From Halarcobacter sp. (GTDB lineage: Bacteria > Campylobacterota > Campylobacteria > Campylobacterales > Arcobacteraceae): a stretch of DNA of 64,000 nt. Position 1 is the first letter of the stretch. Every line of letters begins with the position of its first letter. A program made the position numbers and the translations under genes. The DNA is taken from positions 1,312,001 through 1,376,000 of the forward strand of contig OY781089.1 in the NCBI GenBank assembly GCA_963676565.1, in the 5' to 3' direction. Positions 9,628-20,288 of this stretch are shown piece by piece. The notes under the pieces are model-generated. The model was not told the origin of the DNA and searched no databases. It was given only the letters and a program-made list of their open reading frames with translations.

Positions 9628-11415
9628 TTAAATCTTCAACACTGCCATGAAAGCTTCTTGTGGTACATTTACTTTACCTATAGCTTTCATTCTTTTCTTA
9701 CCTGCTTTTTGTTTTTCTAAAAGTTTTCTTTTTCTTGTAATATCACCACCATAACATTTAGCAGTAACATTTTTACCCATAGATTTTACAGTTTCTCTAG
9801 CAATAATTGTATTTCCAATTGATGCTTGAATTGCAACTTCAAATAGTTGTCTTGGGATTAATTCTTTTAAGGCTTTAATAAACTCTCTACCCCTTGAAAC
9901 TGCTTTTTCTTCAGGAACAATAATTGATAAGGCATCAACAACATCCCCCGCAACTCTAACATCAAGTTTTTTAAGATTTCCTGGTCTAAATTCAATTGGT
10001 TCATAATCAAAAGATGCATAACCTTTTGTAGTTGATTTTAATTTATCATAAAAATCCATAACAATTTCATTCATTGGAATATCATAATCTAAAAGAACTC
10101 TTTTACCTAAGTAATCCATTTTATTTTGAACGGCTCTTTTATCATTTAACAATTTAATTACATTTCCTAAAAACTCATCTGGAACTAAAATTGTTGCTCT
10201 TACATATGGTTCAAATATAGTATCAATATAGTTTGGTTCAGGAAGTTCAGATGGATTTTCTATAGTTAATTTTTCTCCATCAGTTTTTAAAATTTCATAA
10301 ACAACTGTTGGCGCAGTTGCTATTAAGTCAAGATTAAATTCTCTTTCTAGTCTTTCTTTTATAACTTCCATATGAAGCATTCCAAGGAAACCAGTTCTAA
10401 ATCCACTTCCAAGTGCAGCTGAGGATTCTGGTTCAAAAGAGATTGATGAATCGTTTAACTGTAATTTAGTAAGAGCTTCTCTTAAATCTTCAAATTTATC
10501 TGTTTCAATTGGATAAAGTCCTGCAAATACAAAAGGTTTTGCTGGTTCAAATCCATCAATTGCAATTTTAGTTGGATTTTTTGCATCAGTCATAGTATCA
10601 CCAACGGCAATTCCATCTAAAGTTTTAAGACCAAGAACAACAATTCCAATTTCACCCGTTTGTATTTCATTCGTTTTTTCTCTTTTTATTGGGTGAGGAT
10701 ACATTAAGTCTAATACTGGGTGTTCAACTTTTGTATTCATCATTTTAAGCATTTGACCTTTTTTAATACTACCTTCATAAACTCTTACTAGTGCTAAGGC
10801 ACCAAGGTAGTTATCAAACCATGAATCGTATATCAAAGCTTTAGTTGGTGCATTTTCATCACCATTTGGAGCAGGAACTCTATCAACTATAGAATCAATT
10901 AATTCTTTAACCCCTAAACCTGTTTTTGCCGAGATTAAATTGTGTTCAGTACAATCAAGTCCAATTGCTTCTTCGGTTTCTTCAAGTACCCTCATAGGAT
11001 CTGCACTTGGTAAATCGATTTTATTTACAACAGGTAATAGTTCTAAATCATTATCAAGTGCAATATAAACGTTTGCAATAGTTTGTGCTTCAACACCTTG
11101 TGTTGAGTCAACAATTAAAAGTGCACCCTCTGATGAAGCTAAAGAACGACTCACTTCATATGAAAAGTCAACGTGACCTGGAGTGTCAATTAGGTTTAAG
11201 ATGTATGTCTCACCATCTTTTACATATTTTAATCTTACACTTTGAGCTTTAATTGTAATTCCACGCTCTTGTTCAATATCCATTGTATCCATCATTTGTG
11301 AAGTAAGTTCTCTATCTGTAACAGCTCCACACTCTTGAATTATTCTATCTGCAAGAGTTGATTTACCATGGTCAATATGAGCAATAATACTAAAGTTTCT
11401 AATATTTTTTTGCAA
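9628..11415 (-). CDS. lepA: Elongation factor 4
   Basis: [37 protein letters not shown]. Confidence 0.99.
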   Translation of the reverse strand: MQKNIRNFSIIAHIDHGKSTLADRIIQECGAVTDRELTSQMMDTMDIEQERGITIKAQSVRLKYVKDGETYILNLIDTPGHVDFSYEVSRSLASSEGALLIVDSTQGVEAQTIANVYIALDNDLELLPVVNKIDLPSADPMRVLEETEEAIGLDCTEHNLISAKTGLGVKELIDSIVDRVPAPNGDENAPTKALIYDSWFDNYLGALALVRVYEGSIKKGQMLKMMNTKVEHPVLDLMYPHPIKREKTNEIQTGEIGIVVLGLKTLDGIAVGDTMTDAKNPTKIAIDGFEPAKPFVFAGLYPIETDKFEDLREALTKLQLNDSSISFEPESSAALGSGFRTGFLGMLHMEVIKERLEREFNLDLIATAPTVVYEILKTDGEKLTIENPSELPEPNYIDTIFEPYVRATILVPDEFLGNVIKLLNDKRAVQNKMDYLGKRVLLDYDIPMNEIVMDFYDKLKSTTKGYASFDYEPIEFRPGNLKKLDVRVAGDVVDALSIIVPEEKAVSRGREFIKALKELIPRQLFEVAIQASIGNTIIARETVKSMGKNVTAKCYGGDITRKRKLLEKQKAGKKRMKAIGKVNVPQEAFMAVLKI

Positions 11416-11495
11416 GGTTATTCCTATATGTTTATTAAGTTCGCGATTATATCTAAAAAATTGTTAGTAATGAGTTAAGAAAAAAAAGTAAGTTT

Positions 11496-11529
11496 TTTCA
11501 GATTTTAGACAAAAGCCTAAAATCTGAAA
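11496..11529 (-). terminator. Hairpin terminator downstream of the OmpA-like gene
   Basis: 13-bp stem TTTCAGATTTTAG/CTAAAATCTGAAA. Confidence 0.65.
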
Positions 11530-11540
11530 TTTAAAATAAA

Positions 11541-12620
11541 TTATTGTTGAATAGAACCTTCAACTCTTCTGTTTTGTGCTCTACCTTCAGCAGTATCATT
11601 AGATGCTTTAGGTTTAGTTTCACCATAACCAATTGCATTTAATCTATCAGTTTCTACACCGTAAGCTTCAATAGCTTTAACTGCAGATGCTGCTCTTCTT
11701 TCTGATAATTTTTGGTTATATTTTTCAGAACCAACTGAGTCAGTATGAGCTTCAATTTTTCCTTTTACAGATGGGAAAGCTTTCATAAAGTCAGCAAATT
11801 TTTTGATTTTTGAATCATAAGAATTGTTAATTACTGCAGAGTCAGTCTCAAAGTTAATATTTAAGTCAACTTTTAAAGAACAACCATTTTCATCAACAAT
11901 ATTACCTTTTGGAGTATCTGGACATTTGTCTTTTGAATCAACTACACCATCTCCATCAGTATCAATTTCACAACCTTTTGCATCAACAACTGCACCAGGT
12001 GCTGAGTTTGGACATTGGTCATTTGCATCAATTACACCATCATTATCAGAATCCATTGGTTTTGGCTCTGGTTTTGGTTCTGGAGCAGGAGCTGCTTTTT
12101 TACCAAATGGAATTGCTAAACCTACTGTATAAAGAAGGTTATTGTCTCCACCATCAAAAGAAATTAAATGTCTTACGTCAGCTTTTAAAGCCATTGCTTC
12201 AGAAATTTTATATTTGATACCAACACCGTAGTTAGCAAATAATCCATTGTCATTATTAAATTGCTCATCATCAAACCATTCAACACCAGCACCTGCTAAT
12301 GCATATAAAGAAGTTGAATCATTTAATCCATAATCTTTTACTAAGTTAGTAAATACTCTAGTTACACCAGTATCATCACCATTGTCATAATCAACATCTT
12401 CAAAAGATCTTAATATTCCAACTTCTATTTGATCAAACATAGAATCATCTAAGTTAAATCCTAAAGATAAACCTGCATTTGCATAATTTTGATCATCAAA
12501 GTTTAAGTTACCCTCAGAATAAGTACCACCTATCATTGGTGTAATTTCATACTTATACTCACTATTTGCTGCGAACATCATAGAAGCACAAAGTGCTGCT
12601 GATAAAACAATTTTTTTCAT
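11541..12620 (-). CDS. OmpA/OprF/CadF-like outer membrane protein with DxDxDG Ca-binding repeats
   Basis: Signal peptide, beta-barrel, Pro-rich linker, DSDNDG/DTDGDG repeats, HTDSVG..YNQKLSERRA, NRRV. Confidence 0.92.
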   Translation of the reverse strand: MKKIVLSAALCASMMFAANSEYKYEITPMIGGTYSEGNLNFDDQNYANAGLSLGFNLDDSMFDQIEVGILRSFEDVDYDNGDDTGVTRVFTNLVKDYGLNDSTSLYALAGAGVEWFDDEQFNNDNGLFANYGVGIKYKISEAMALKADVRHLISFDGGDNNLLYTVGLAIPFGKKAAPAPEPKPEPKPMDSDNDGVIDANDQCPNSAPGAVVDAKGCEIDTDGDGVVDSKDKCPDTPKGNIVDENGCSLKVDLNINFETDSAVINNSYDSKIKKFADFMKAFPSVKGKIEAHTDSVGSEKYNQKLSERRAASAVKAIEAYGVETDRLNAIGYGETKPKASNDTAEGRAQNRRVEGSIQQ

Positions 12621-12692
12621 AATTTGCCTTTGTTTTTTTGTGTGTTTTATTATTATAACTAAAATAAATTAATATTAAATTTATTATAAAAA

Positions 12693-13625
12693 TTAATCTA
12701 TAAAAATAGAATTAACTGATTCATTATTAGTGATTCTTCTAATAGTTTCACCAATAATTTTTGTTGCACTTAATACAGTGATTTTATCACATTTACCATG
12801 CATAGGTATTGTATCAGTAATAATTAACTCATCTAATGTTCCATTATTTATTCTTTCAAATGCTGGTCCACTTAATACACCATGTGTACAACATGCCATA
12901 ACTGAAGTTGCACCTTTTGCTTTTAAAACTTCTGCTGCTTTAACTAAAGTTCCTGCTGTATCAACCATATCATCAACTAAGATAACATCTTTACCTTTTA
13001 CTTCACCGATGATATTCATTACTTCAGCAACATTAGCTTTTTCTCTTCTTTTGTCAACGATAACTAAGTCATATCCTAATTTTTCAGCATAAGATCTAGC
13101 CCTTGCAACACCACCAATATCTGGAGATGCAATAATCGGATTTTTTAAGTTTTTAGCTCTTAAATGATCAACAAATAATACTGAACCATAAAGGTTATCT
13201 ACTGGGATATCAAAGAATCCTTGAATTTGAGCAGCATGTAAATCAATAGTGATAATTCTATCAATTCCTACTGTTTCAAGCATATCTGCAACTAATTTTG
13301 CCGTAATTGGAACTCTAGGTGCTGCTTTTCTATCTTGTCTTGCATAACCAAAATAAGGCATAACTGCAGAAACAGATTTAGCACTTGATCTTTTTAGTGC
13401 ATCTACAATAATTAGTAGTTCCATTAAATGATCATTTGTTGGAGCACAAGTTGGTTGTACGATAAACACATCTTGTCCCCTAACACTTTCATGAATTTGA
13501 ACAGATATTTCACCGTCACTAAACTTATTTATAGATGCCCCACCAACATTTACATTAAGATACTTTCCTACTTTTTTTGCAAATTCAGGATTGGCAGTAC
13601 CACTAAAAAGTTTAAATTTCGCCAT
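12693..13625 (-). CDS. prs: Ribose-phosphate pyrophosphokinase
   Basis: FSDGEI, YARQDRK, DLHAAQIQGFF, VDDMVDTAGT. Confidence 0.98.
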   Translation of the reverse strand: MAKFKLFSGTANPEFAKKVGKYLNVNVGGASINKFSDGEISVQIHESVRGQDVFIVQPTCAPTNDHLMELLIIVDALKRSSAKSVSAVMPYFGYARQDRKAAPRVPITAKLVADMLETVGIDRIITIDLHAAQIQGFFDIPVDNLYGSVLFVDHLRAKNLKNPIIASPDIGGVARARSYAEKLGYDLVIVDKRREKANVAEVMNIIGEVKGKDVILVDDMVDTAGTLVKAAEVLKAKGATSVMACCTHGVLSGPAFERINNGTLDELIITDTIPMHGKCDKITVLSATKIIGETIRRITNNESVNSIFID

Positions 13626-13699
13626 TAGATTTTTCCTTGTGTGATTGTGTAAGTTTTGCTGATTTTATCTAAATTTATCTTATACAAAATTTAGTTGCT

Positions 13700-14743
13700 T
13701 TATTTTGCACTTTTTATCCAACCACTTCCTATTACTTTATCACCTTGATAAAACACTGCAAGTTGACCAGCAGCTACTCCAAAAGCAGGTTCTTCTAAGT
13801 AGATTGTTCCACTATTTTCTTCAAGTTTAACTTTACATGCAGTTGAAACAGCTCTATATCTTAGCTTTACATTACAAGTAAACTCTTTTTCATCAATAAA
13901 CATATTTAGATTTTCAATTTTAACTTCATTTATCTCTAAGGCTTGTTTTTTTCCCACAACAATAGTATTGTTTTCAGGATTTAATTTTGTAACAAAATGT
14001 GGTTCATGGGCACCATGAACTGTAAAGCCTCTTCTTTTTCCAATGGTATAATGCATATATCCTTTATGTTCACCAATCTCATTTCCATCTTCATCTAAAA
14101 CTTTTCCTGGAATGTCAATATTTGCATGTCTTTTTACAACATCTGTGTAAACTGTTTCAACAAAACATATCTCTTGTGATTCATTTTTTTCTGTAATTCT
14201 TTTATAGGCTGAATCTAATTTTGCTGCAAATTCAATAATATCTTCTTTTTTTCTTTCGCTTAATGGAAACATCATATATGGCAATGCTTCTTTATCAACT
14301 TGAGATAAAAAATAGCTTTGATCTTTTGTTTTATCTCCTGCTTCATAGAAAAATTTGCCATCGGTTTTTGCATAATGACCAGTTGCTAGATAAGATGCTC
14401 CATGTTCCTTTGCAAAGTCTAACATTTTTCCAAATTTGATTTGCCTATTACATTTAACACATGGATTAGGGGTTGTTCCTTCTAAATAAGAGTCTACAAA
14501 ATAATCATAAACCTCCTTAGAAAAATCATCTGATAAATCTAAAATATGATATTTAATCCCGAGAAATTTTGCTACATCTTCAATATATCTAAGGTTTTTT
14601 TCATGATAACCATCAGTTCTATCATGAAGTTTTAAATAAACACCTTCAACTTCGTATCCATCTTTTTGTAACATATAAGCAGTTACAGAAGAATCAATTC
14701 CTCCACTCATACCCACTATTACTTTCTTTTTCTCACAACTCAT
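13700..14743 (-). CDS. mnmA: tRNA 2-thiouridine(34) synthase, C-type (CxxC)
   Basis: SGGIDS, PNPCVKCN, ATGHY, KDQSYFL, EICF. Confidence 0.93.
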   Translation of the reverse strand: MSCEKKKVIVGMSGGIDSSVTAYMLQKDGYEVEGVYLKLHDRTDGYHEKNLRYIEDVAKFLGIKYHILDLSDDFSKEVYDYFVDSYLEGTTPNPCVKCNRQIKFGKMLDFAKEHGASYLATGHYAKTDGKFFYEAGDKTKDQSYFLSQVDKEALPYMMFPLSERKKEDIIEFAAKLDSAYKRITEKNESQEICFVETVYTDVVKRHANIDIPGKVLDEDGNEIGEHKGYMHYTIGKRRGFTVHGAHEPHFVTKLNPENNTIVVGKKQALEINEVKIENLNMFIDEKEFTCNVKLRYRAVSTACKVKLEENSGTIYLEEPAFGVAAGQLAVFYQGDKVIGSGWIKSAK

Positions 14744-14754
14744 TTTAATCCTAC

Positions 14755-15855
14755 TTACTTATAGTCACTTATAAATCCACCACCTAGACAATAATTTCCA
14801 TCGTATAAAACTAGACTTTGTCCTAAGGTTACAGCTCTTTGAGGGGTGTCAAATTTAACAAGTACTCTATTTTCATCTGCTTCTATTACTGTACAAGCTT
14901 GTTTGTGTTGTCTATATCTAACTTGTGCCATCAATTTTTCACCAACTTTTGGTGCCTCTTCTAATACCCAATGCATATGACTAGCTTCTGTATATTCACT
15001 CATAAGTAAAGGATGGTTTGTATCTTGAACTACTGTAAGTGTATTATTTTCAATATCTTTTTTAGCTGCAAACCATGGTTTGTGTGTATTGTTCTCACCT
15101 TCATTATCTTTAATTCCACCAAGACCAATACCTTTTCTTTGACCTAGTGTGTAACAAATAAGACCTTTGTGCTTTCCTAAAACTTTTCCATTTTCATCTA
15201 TCATATCACCAGGAATAGCTTTTAAATGTTGTGTGATAAAATCATCAAATCTTTGATTACCAATAAAACAAATTCCTGTACTATCTTTTTTATCACTTAC
15301 AGGAAGATTATGCTCTCTAGCTATTTCTCTAACTTCTTTTTTTGTTAAATCTCCAAGGGGAAACATCGCATGACTTAATTGTTCACTTGATAATGCATGT
15401 AAAAAGTAACTTTGGTCTTTTGAACTATCTTTGGGAGTATCAAGAACATAATGGTCTTTATAAAAAGCAATTTTGGCATAGTGTCCAGTTGCAATCATAT
15501 CTGCACCCATTTTTTTAGCTTCATTTAAAAATACATTAAATTTAATTTCACGATTACATAAAATATCTGGGTTAGGAGTAAGTCCTTTTTTTAAACCTTC
15601 TAAAAAAACATCAAAAACTTTTGTTCTATACTCTTCAACAAAGTCTTTACCCTTTACCTCAATTCCTATTAAGGCACCAACTTTTTTTGCATCTTCAAAT
15701 TCAATACGATTAGGGCATTGGCTACCTTTTATTCCATATTCCCAATTTCGCATAAATAGACCAACTACATCATAACCTTGTTGTTTTAACAATAGTGCTG
15801 TAACTGAAGAATCAACACCACCTGACATTCCTACAACAATTTTCTTTTTTTTCAT
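14755..15855 (-). CDS. mnmA: tRNA 2-thiouridine(34) synthase, D-type (DxxC)
   Basis: SGGVDS, PNPDILCN, ATGHY, KDQSYFL, DSTGICFIG. Confidence 0.95.
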   Translation of the reverse strand: MKKKKIVVGMSGGVDSSVTALLLKQQGYDVVGLFMRNWEYGIKGSQCPNRIEFEDAKKVGALIGIEVKGKDFVEEYRTKVFDVFLEGLKKGLTPNPDILCNREIKFNVFLNEAKKMGADMIATGHYAKIAFYKDHYVLDTPKDSSKDQSYFLHALSSEQLSHAMFPLGDLTKKEVREIAREHNLPVSDKKDSTGICFIGNQRFDDFITQHLKAIPGDMIDENGKVLGKHKGLICYTLGQRKGIGLGGIKDNEGENNTHKPWFAAKKDIENNTLTVVQDTNHPLLMSEYTEASHMHWVLEEAPKVGEKLMAQVRYRQHKQACTVIEADENRVLVKFDTPQRAVTLGQSLVLYDGNYCLGGGFISDYK

Positions 15856-15913
15856 TTTTTACCTTTAAAAAAGTTCTATTTTAAGAACTGTATTTACAAC
15901 AATAAGTTGTTTT

Positions 15914-16390
15914 TTATAAATGTTTTAAAGGAATAAGCACAGACTCTCTATTTGCCCAATCTTTGTGAGGGATAATAAGTTTTTTAGTATTAATTTTTTT
16001 ATTATCAAAAAAGATTATATCTATATCTAAGGTTCTAGGCGCATCTTGAAAGGACCGCTTTCTTCCAAATCTTTTTTCTAATCTATTCATGTTTTTTAAA
16101 AATTCATTTGGTGATAGATTAGTTTTAAGTATTATTATACCATTTAAAAACTCATTTTGTTCTAGGTATCCAAAAGGGGGATTAAGAAGAAGTGGGGAAG
16201 TTATAAGTAAATCAAATCTAGAATCACCTTTTAAACATAAGATTAACTTATCAAATAATTTCTTTGTATCCCCAATATTTCCCCCAATTCCAATAGTTAC
16301 ATGATATTTCTTATTTGATTGTGATTTAAATTTTTTTGGAAAATTAGGGGTTTTAAAAAGGGTTAAATCATCTCGTAATTTTTTTTTCAA
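15914..16390 (-). CDS. folK: HPPK, 6-hydroxymethyl-7,8-dihydropterin pyrophosphokinase
   Basis: IGIGGNIG, FLNG, PRTLDIDI, IPH. Confidence 0.92.
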   Translation of the reverse strand: MKKKLRDDLTLFKTPNFPKKFKSQSNKKYHVTIGIGGNIGDTKKLFDKLILCLKGDSRFDLLITSPLLLNPPFGYLEQNEFLNGIIILKTNLSPNEFLKNMNRLEKRFGRKRSFQDAPRTLDIDIIFFDNKKINTKKLIIPHKDWANRESVLIPLKHL

Positions 16391-16453
16391 ATTTCTCCTT
16401 AAAAAGTAAACTTATTAAATAAGTCAAGTATAAATATTTTAAATTTTTATAAT

Positions 16454-17479
16454 TTAAAGTATTAGTGCTTTACCATTTTTCATAACAACTGTATCTTCTA
16501 TTCTAACACCAAACTCTTTTGGCAAATAAATTCCTGGCTCAATTGTAAAAACCATATTATCTTCAATAATTACATCACTTTTAGAGTTAATATTTGGGAA
16601 CTCATGAATGTCAAGTCCCACTCCATGGCCAGTACTGTGAACAAAATATTTTCCAAAACCTGCTTTTTCAATTACATCTCTAGTTAATTTATCAATTTGA
16701 GAAGCTTTCATTCCAACTCTTGCATTATTAATAGCGTTTAATTGGGCTTTATAAACTAAATCATAAATCTTTTGATGTTTTTTATTTTTGAAAGTTTGTT
16801 CTCTTTTAAAAGAAAACTTTTCAAAATTTGCATTTGATGTGCAAGTTCTATCTGAACAATATCTTTTGTACTTTACCCCTGCATCAACTAGTATTAAATC
16901 ATTTAATTTTAATTTTTTTGAAGTTGGTAGGGCATGGGGTTTTGCTGCATTTTCATTTATTGCAACAATTGGATCGAAACTTAAATCATATTTTCCAAAT
17001 GAACTCATTTTTTCTATAGCTTTAAAATGTAAAAAACTCTCTTTTTCATTAAAGCCATTTTTAGCAATATATTTTGCAAGTTGCTTAAATCCATCTCTTC
17101 CAATACTAGCAGCTTTTTTTAAGTATTTTATCTCTTCATCAGTTTTTATAATTCTTTTTAGTTTAGAAAAATTTTCTTGAGGTTTAAAATCAGTTTTTAA
17201 ATCAGCTGTCAATTTTTGATAAAAACTTAGGTTAAAATCGTTTGGATCAAAAACAATTTTTTTGATTTTATTTTTCTTTAGTAATAGTTTTGTATCTTCT
17301 ATTAGATTTGAGCTTTCAATCACTTCACATTTCTTTGTGAACTCTTTTGCTTCAACTGTATATCTTGCATCTGTTATAAAATATTTTTCATTATTTAAAT
17401 TTAAAAATACAACATTGTCACAAGAAAAACCACATTCATAAAAAACAGCATTTTCATTCAGTAATATATAGTTTTTCAT
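16454..17479 (-). CDS. Xaa-Pro aminopeptidase (M24 family, PepP/PepQ-like)
   Basis: DAG..YCSDRT, HSTGHGVGLDIHE, EPGIY, GVRIED; ATG at 17479 follows an AAGGA SD. Confidence 0.92.
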   Translation of the reverse strand: MKNYILLNENAVFYECGFSCDNVVFLNLNNEKYFITDARYTVEAKEFTKKCEVIESSNLIEDTKLLLKKNKIKKIVFDPNDFNLSFYQKLTADLKTDFKPQENFSKLKRIIKTDEEIKYLKKAASIGRDGFKQLAKYIAKNGFNEKESFLHFKAIEKMSSFGKYDLSFDPIVAINENAAKPHALPTSKKLKLNDLILVDAGVKYKRYCSDRTCTSNANFEKFSFKREQTFKNKKHQKIYDLVYKAQLNAINNARVGMKASQIDKLTRDVIEKAGFGKYFVHSTGHGVGLDIHEFPNINSKSDVIIEDNMVFTIEPGIYLPKEFGVRIEDTVVMKNGKALIL

Positions 17480-17529
17480 TGGTATTCCTTTTAAATAGTC
17501 CCTATTTAAAAGGGACCTTATTTGTTTAA

Positions 17530-17598
17530 CTTCTTTTATCAGCAAAAGTAAATTTTGCTTAAAGAAGGAAATTCTAAAGAGAACAACGAGTTGTTCTT
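17530..17598 (-). repeat. Dispersed ~70-bp two-hairpin intergenic element, copy 1
   Basis: Reverse complement aligns to 56857..56929; the first 25 nt match 24/25 (AAGAACAACwCGTTGTTCTCTTTAG). Confidence 0.75.
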
Positions 17599-17660
17599 GT
17601 GTTACTTTAACTAAAATTTCAATATAATCTTACCTAAAATTTATAAAAGGAAAATATAAA

Positions 17661-18143
17661 ATGAAAATTGCAGTTATCCAAGGTCCAAATCTAAATATGT
17701 TAGGTGTAAGAGAACAACATATTTATGGTCCAATGACTTTAGAACAAATCCATGAACAAATGAAAGGTAGTGCACAACAAAATGGTGTAGAACTTGAGTT
17801 TTTTCAATCTAATTTAGAGGGTGAAATTGTTGATAGAATCCAAGAGTCTTTAGGTACAGTTGATGGAATTTTAATTAATCCAGCAGCATTTTCTCATACA
17901 TCAATTGCTATTAAAGATGCACTAAGTGCAGTAAATCTTCCAACAGTTGAAGTTCATATTTCAAATATCTATAAAAGAGAAGAGTATAGACAAAAATCGA
18001 TTACTGCAGGTGCAGCAACAGGTGTAATTACAGGTTTTGGACCTTTTAGTTACCATATGGGTCTTATTGCATTAACTCAAATTATTTCAGAAGTTAAGGC
18101 TGTTGAAGCTCAACAAAAAGCACAAGCTGAAGCTCAAGCTTAA
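17661..18143 (+). CDS. aroQ: Type II 3-dehydroquinate dehydratase
   Basis: [31 protein letters not shown]. Confidence 0.97.
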   Translation: MKIAVIQGPNLNMLGVREQHIYGPMTLEQIHEQMKGSAQQNGVELEFFQSNLEGEIVDRIQESLGTVDGILINPAAFSHTSIAIKDALSAVNLPTVEVHISNIYKREEYRQKSITAGAATGVITGFGPFSYHMGLIALTQIISEVKAVEAQQKAQAEAQA

Positions 18144-18165
18144 GCCTTATTTTTAATCTAAAAAA

Positions 18166-19395
18166 ATGAAAATATTAAGTGCATCTTGGGTTATTACTTG
18201 TGATGCAAATAGCACCATCATTAAAGATGGTGCTATTGTTTATGATAAAACAATTATAGAAATTGCTTCAAAAGAATTTATCCAAGAAAAATATAAAAAT
18301 ATAAAAATCGAAGATTTAGGTGAAAACTCTGTTTTAATGCCAGGTCTTATTAATTCACATGTTCATTTAGAATTCTCATCAAATAGTACAACATTAAAAT
18401 ATGGTAATTTTATGTTATGGTTAAACTCTGTTATAAAAAATAGAGAAACCTTGATTGAAAAAGCAAACACAAAACTTATAAGTACAAAATTAGCTAAGAT
18501 GAAAAAAACTGGAACTACAACTATAGGAGCTATCTCTTCATATGGATTAGAGATTGAAGCTTGTCTTAAAAGTTCTATTAATACTGTTTTTTTTAATGAG
18601 GTTATTGGAAGTAAAGCAGAGATGATTGATAATCTTTTTGCAGATTTCAAAGCAAGATTAAACTCTTCTAAGAAAAATAAAAATAAAAATTTTATTCCTG
18701 CAATTGCAATACATTCACCATATTCAGTTCATCCAATACTAATTAGAGAAACATTAAAAATTGCAAAAGAAGAAAATCTAAGTGTTAGTGCTCACTTTTT
18801 AGAATCACCAGAAGAGTTTGAATGGTTACATAAAGATGAGGGTGGTTTTTTAGAATTTTTTAAAAATTTTTTAGGTCAAGAGAAAGCTGTTACTAAACCA
18901 ATGGAGTTTCTAGAACAATTTAAAAATCTTGATAATCTTTCTTTTACCCATTGTGTAGAAGCAAGTGAAAATGATTTAGATAAAATTAAAAAATTAGGGG
19001 CGATTATAAATCATTGTCCTACATCAAATAGATTTTTGAATAACAATAAACTTGATTTAACTAAGTTAATAGATAAAGAGATACCTTTTTCAATAGGTAC
19101 AGATGGACTTAGCTCAAATAATTCTTTATCTATGTTTGATGAGTTAAGAAACGCTTTAATGGTTCATGAAAATATTAATATAATAGAATTATCGAAGATA
19201 TTAATTAAAGCAGCTACAAAAAATGGAAGTGATGCTTTGGGCTTAAATAAAGGTGTTTTAGAAGAAAATAAAGATGCAGATATAATTTGTATTAAGTTAC
19301 CAGACATGATTGAGGATGAAGAGGATCTATATATGAACGTGATTCTTCATACTAAATTTGTGGAAAAAACAATTATTGGAGGTTTAGATGATTAG
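18166..19395 (+). CDS. Metal-dependent amidohydrolase (aminofutalosine deaminase family)
   Basis: PGLINSHVHLE, HSPYS, HFLES, HCPTSN, GTDG. Confidence 0.8.
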   Translation: MKILSASWVITCDANSTIIKDGAIVYDKTIIEIASKEFIQEKYKNIKIEDLGENSVLMPGLINSHVHLEFSSNSTTLKYGNFMLWLNSVIKNRETLIEKANTKLISTKLAKMKKTGTTTIGAISSYGLEIEACLKSSINTVFFNEVIGSKAEMIDNLFADFKARLNSSKKNKNKNFIPAIAIHSPYSVHPILIRETLKIAKEENLSVSAHFLESPEEFEWLHKDEGGFLEFFKNFLGQEKAVTKPMEFLEQFKNLDNLSFTHCVEASENDLDKIKKLGAIINHCPTSNRFLNNNKLDLTKLIDKEIPFSIGTDGLSSNNSLSMFDELRNALMVHENINIIELSKILIKAATKNGSDALGLNKGVLEENKDADIICIKLPDMIEDEEDLYMNVILHTKFVEKTIIGGLDD

Positions 19396-20278
19396 TATTA
19401 TAAAAAAACTTTTTTATCCGATTATTGCTATATTAGATTTTATTACTAAATATTTTAAAACAGTAGTATTTTTAACTATAGTTTATTTCTTTGTTTCAAG
19501 TTCAAATGAGTCAGCAATAAACGGTGAAAGTTTTGAGATGGCAAATTTACAAAAAATAGAACTTGTAGGACCTATTTTAAATGTTGATAAAGTTCTAGAG
19601 CAAATAAATCAAGCAAAAAAGAATAACAACATTAAAGGTGTTCTTTTAATTGTAAATTCTCCAGGTGGAGCTGTTGCTCCTTCAGTTGAATTAGCTTATG
19701 CAATTAAAGAATTAAAACAATTAAAACCTGTTGTGGCATATGCAAGTGGAGTTATGGCAAGTGGTTCATACTATGCTTCAATTTGGTCAAATAAAATTAT
19801 TGCAAATCCTGGGGCTATGATTGGATCTATTGGTGTAATTTTTCAAGGAACAAATGTAGAAGAACTTATGGAAACTATTGGTGTTAAGACACAAACTGTA
19901 AAAGTTGGGAAATACAAAGAAGTAGGGACACCTACAAGACCTTGGAAAGATTATGAAAGAGAAGAGTTAGAAAAAGTTATAAATGATACATATGATATGT
20001 TTATAACTGATGTAGCAAATGCAAGAAAATTGAAAAAAGAAAATCATACTCAATTTGCAGATGCACATATTTTTACTTCAGGACAAGCAAAGAAGCTTGG
20101 ATTAGTTGATGAGGTGTCAACATTAAGTTTTGCAAAAGAAGAGATAATAAAACTTTCAGAAGTTGAAACCCCAATTTGGAAAAAAGAGGATAAGTTTGAT
20201 AAATTCCTTGACAAAATAATGCAAGAAGCAGTAACAAACTTTAGTGTTTTATTTACAAGTGGATTAAAAGCTTATTAA
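19388..20278 (+). CDS. sppA: Signal peptide peptidase
   Basis: NSPGG, ASGSYY, GSIGV, GKYK. Confidence 0.92.
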   Translation: MISIIKKLFYPIIAILDFITKYFKTVVFLTIVYFFVSSSNESAINGESFEMANLQKIELVGPILNVDKVLEQINQAKKNNNIKGVLLIVNSPGGAVAPSVELAYAIKELKQLKPVVAYASGVMASGSYYASIWSNKIIANPGAMIGSIGVIFQGTNVEELMETIGVKTQTVKVGKYKEVGTPTRPWKDYEREELEKVINDTYDMFITDVANARKLKKENHTQFADAHIFTSGQAKKLGLVDEVSTLSFAKEEIIKLSEVETPIWKKEDKFDKFLDKIMQEAVTNFSVLFTSGLKAY

Positions 20279-20288
20279 AAAAGGCTAA

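Noticed and set aside
11900..12100. Short DNA repeats in the OmpA-like gene
   Set aside because: Explained by the PEPK linker and DxDxDG repeats normal for OprF/CadF-like proteins.
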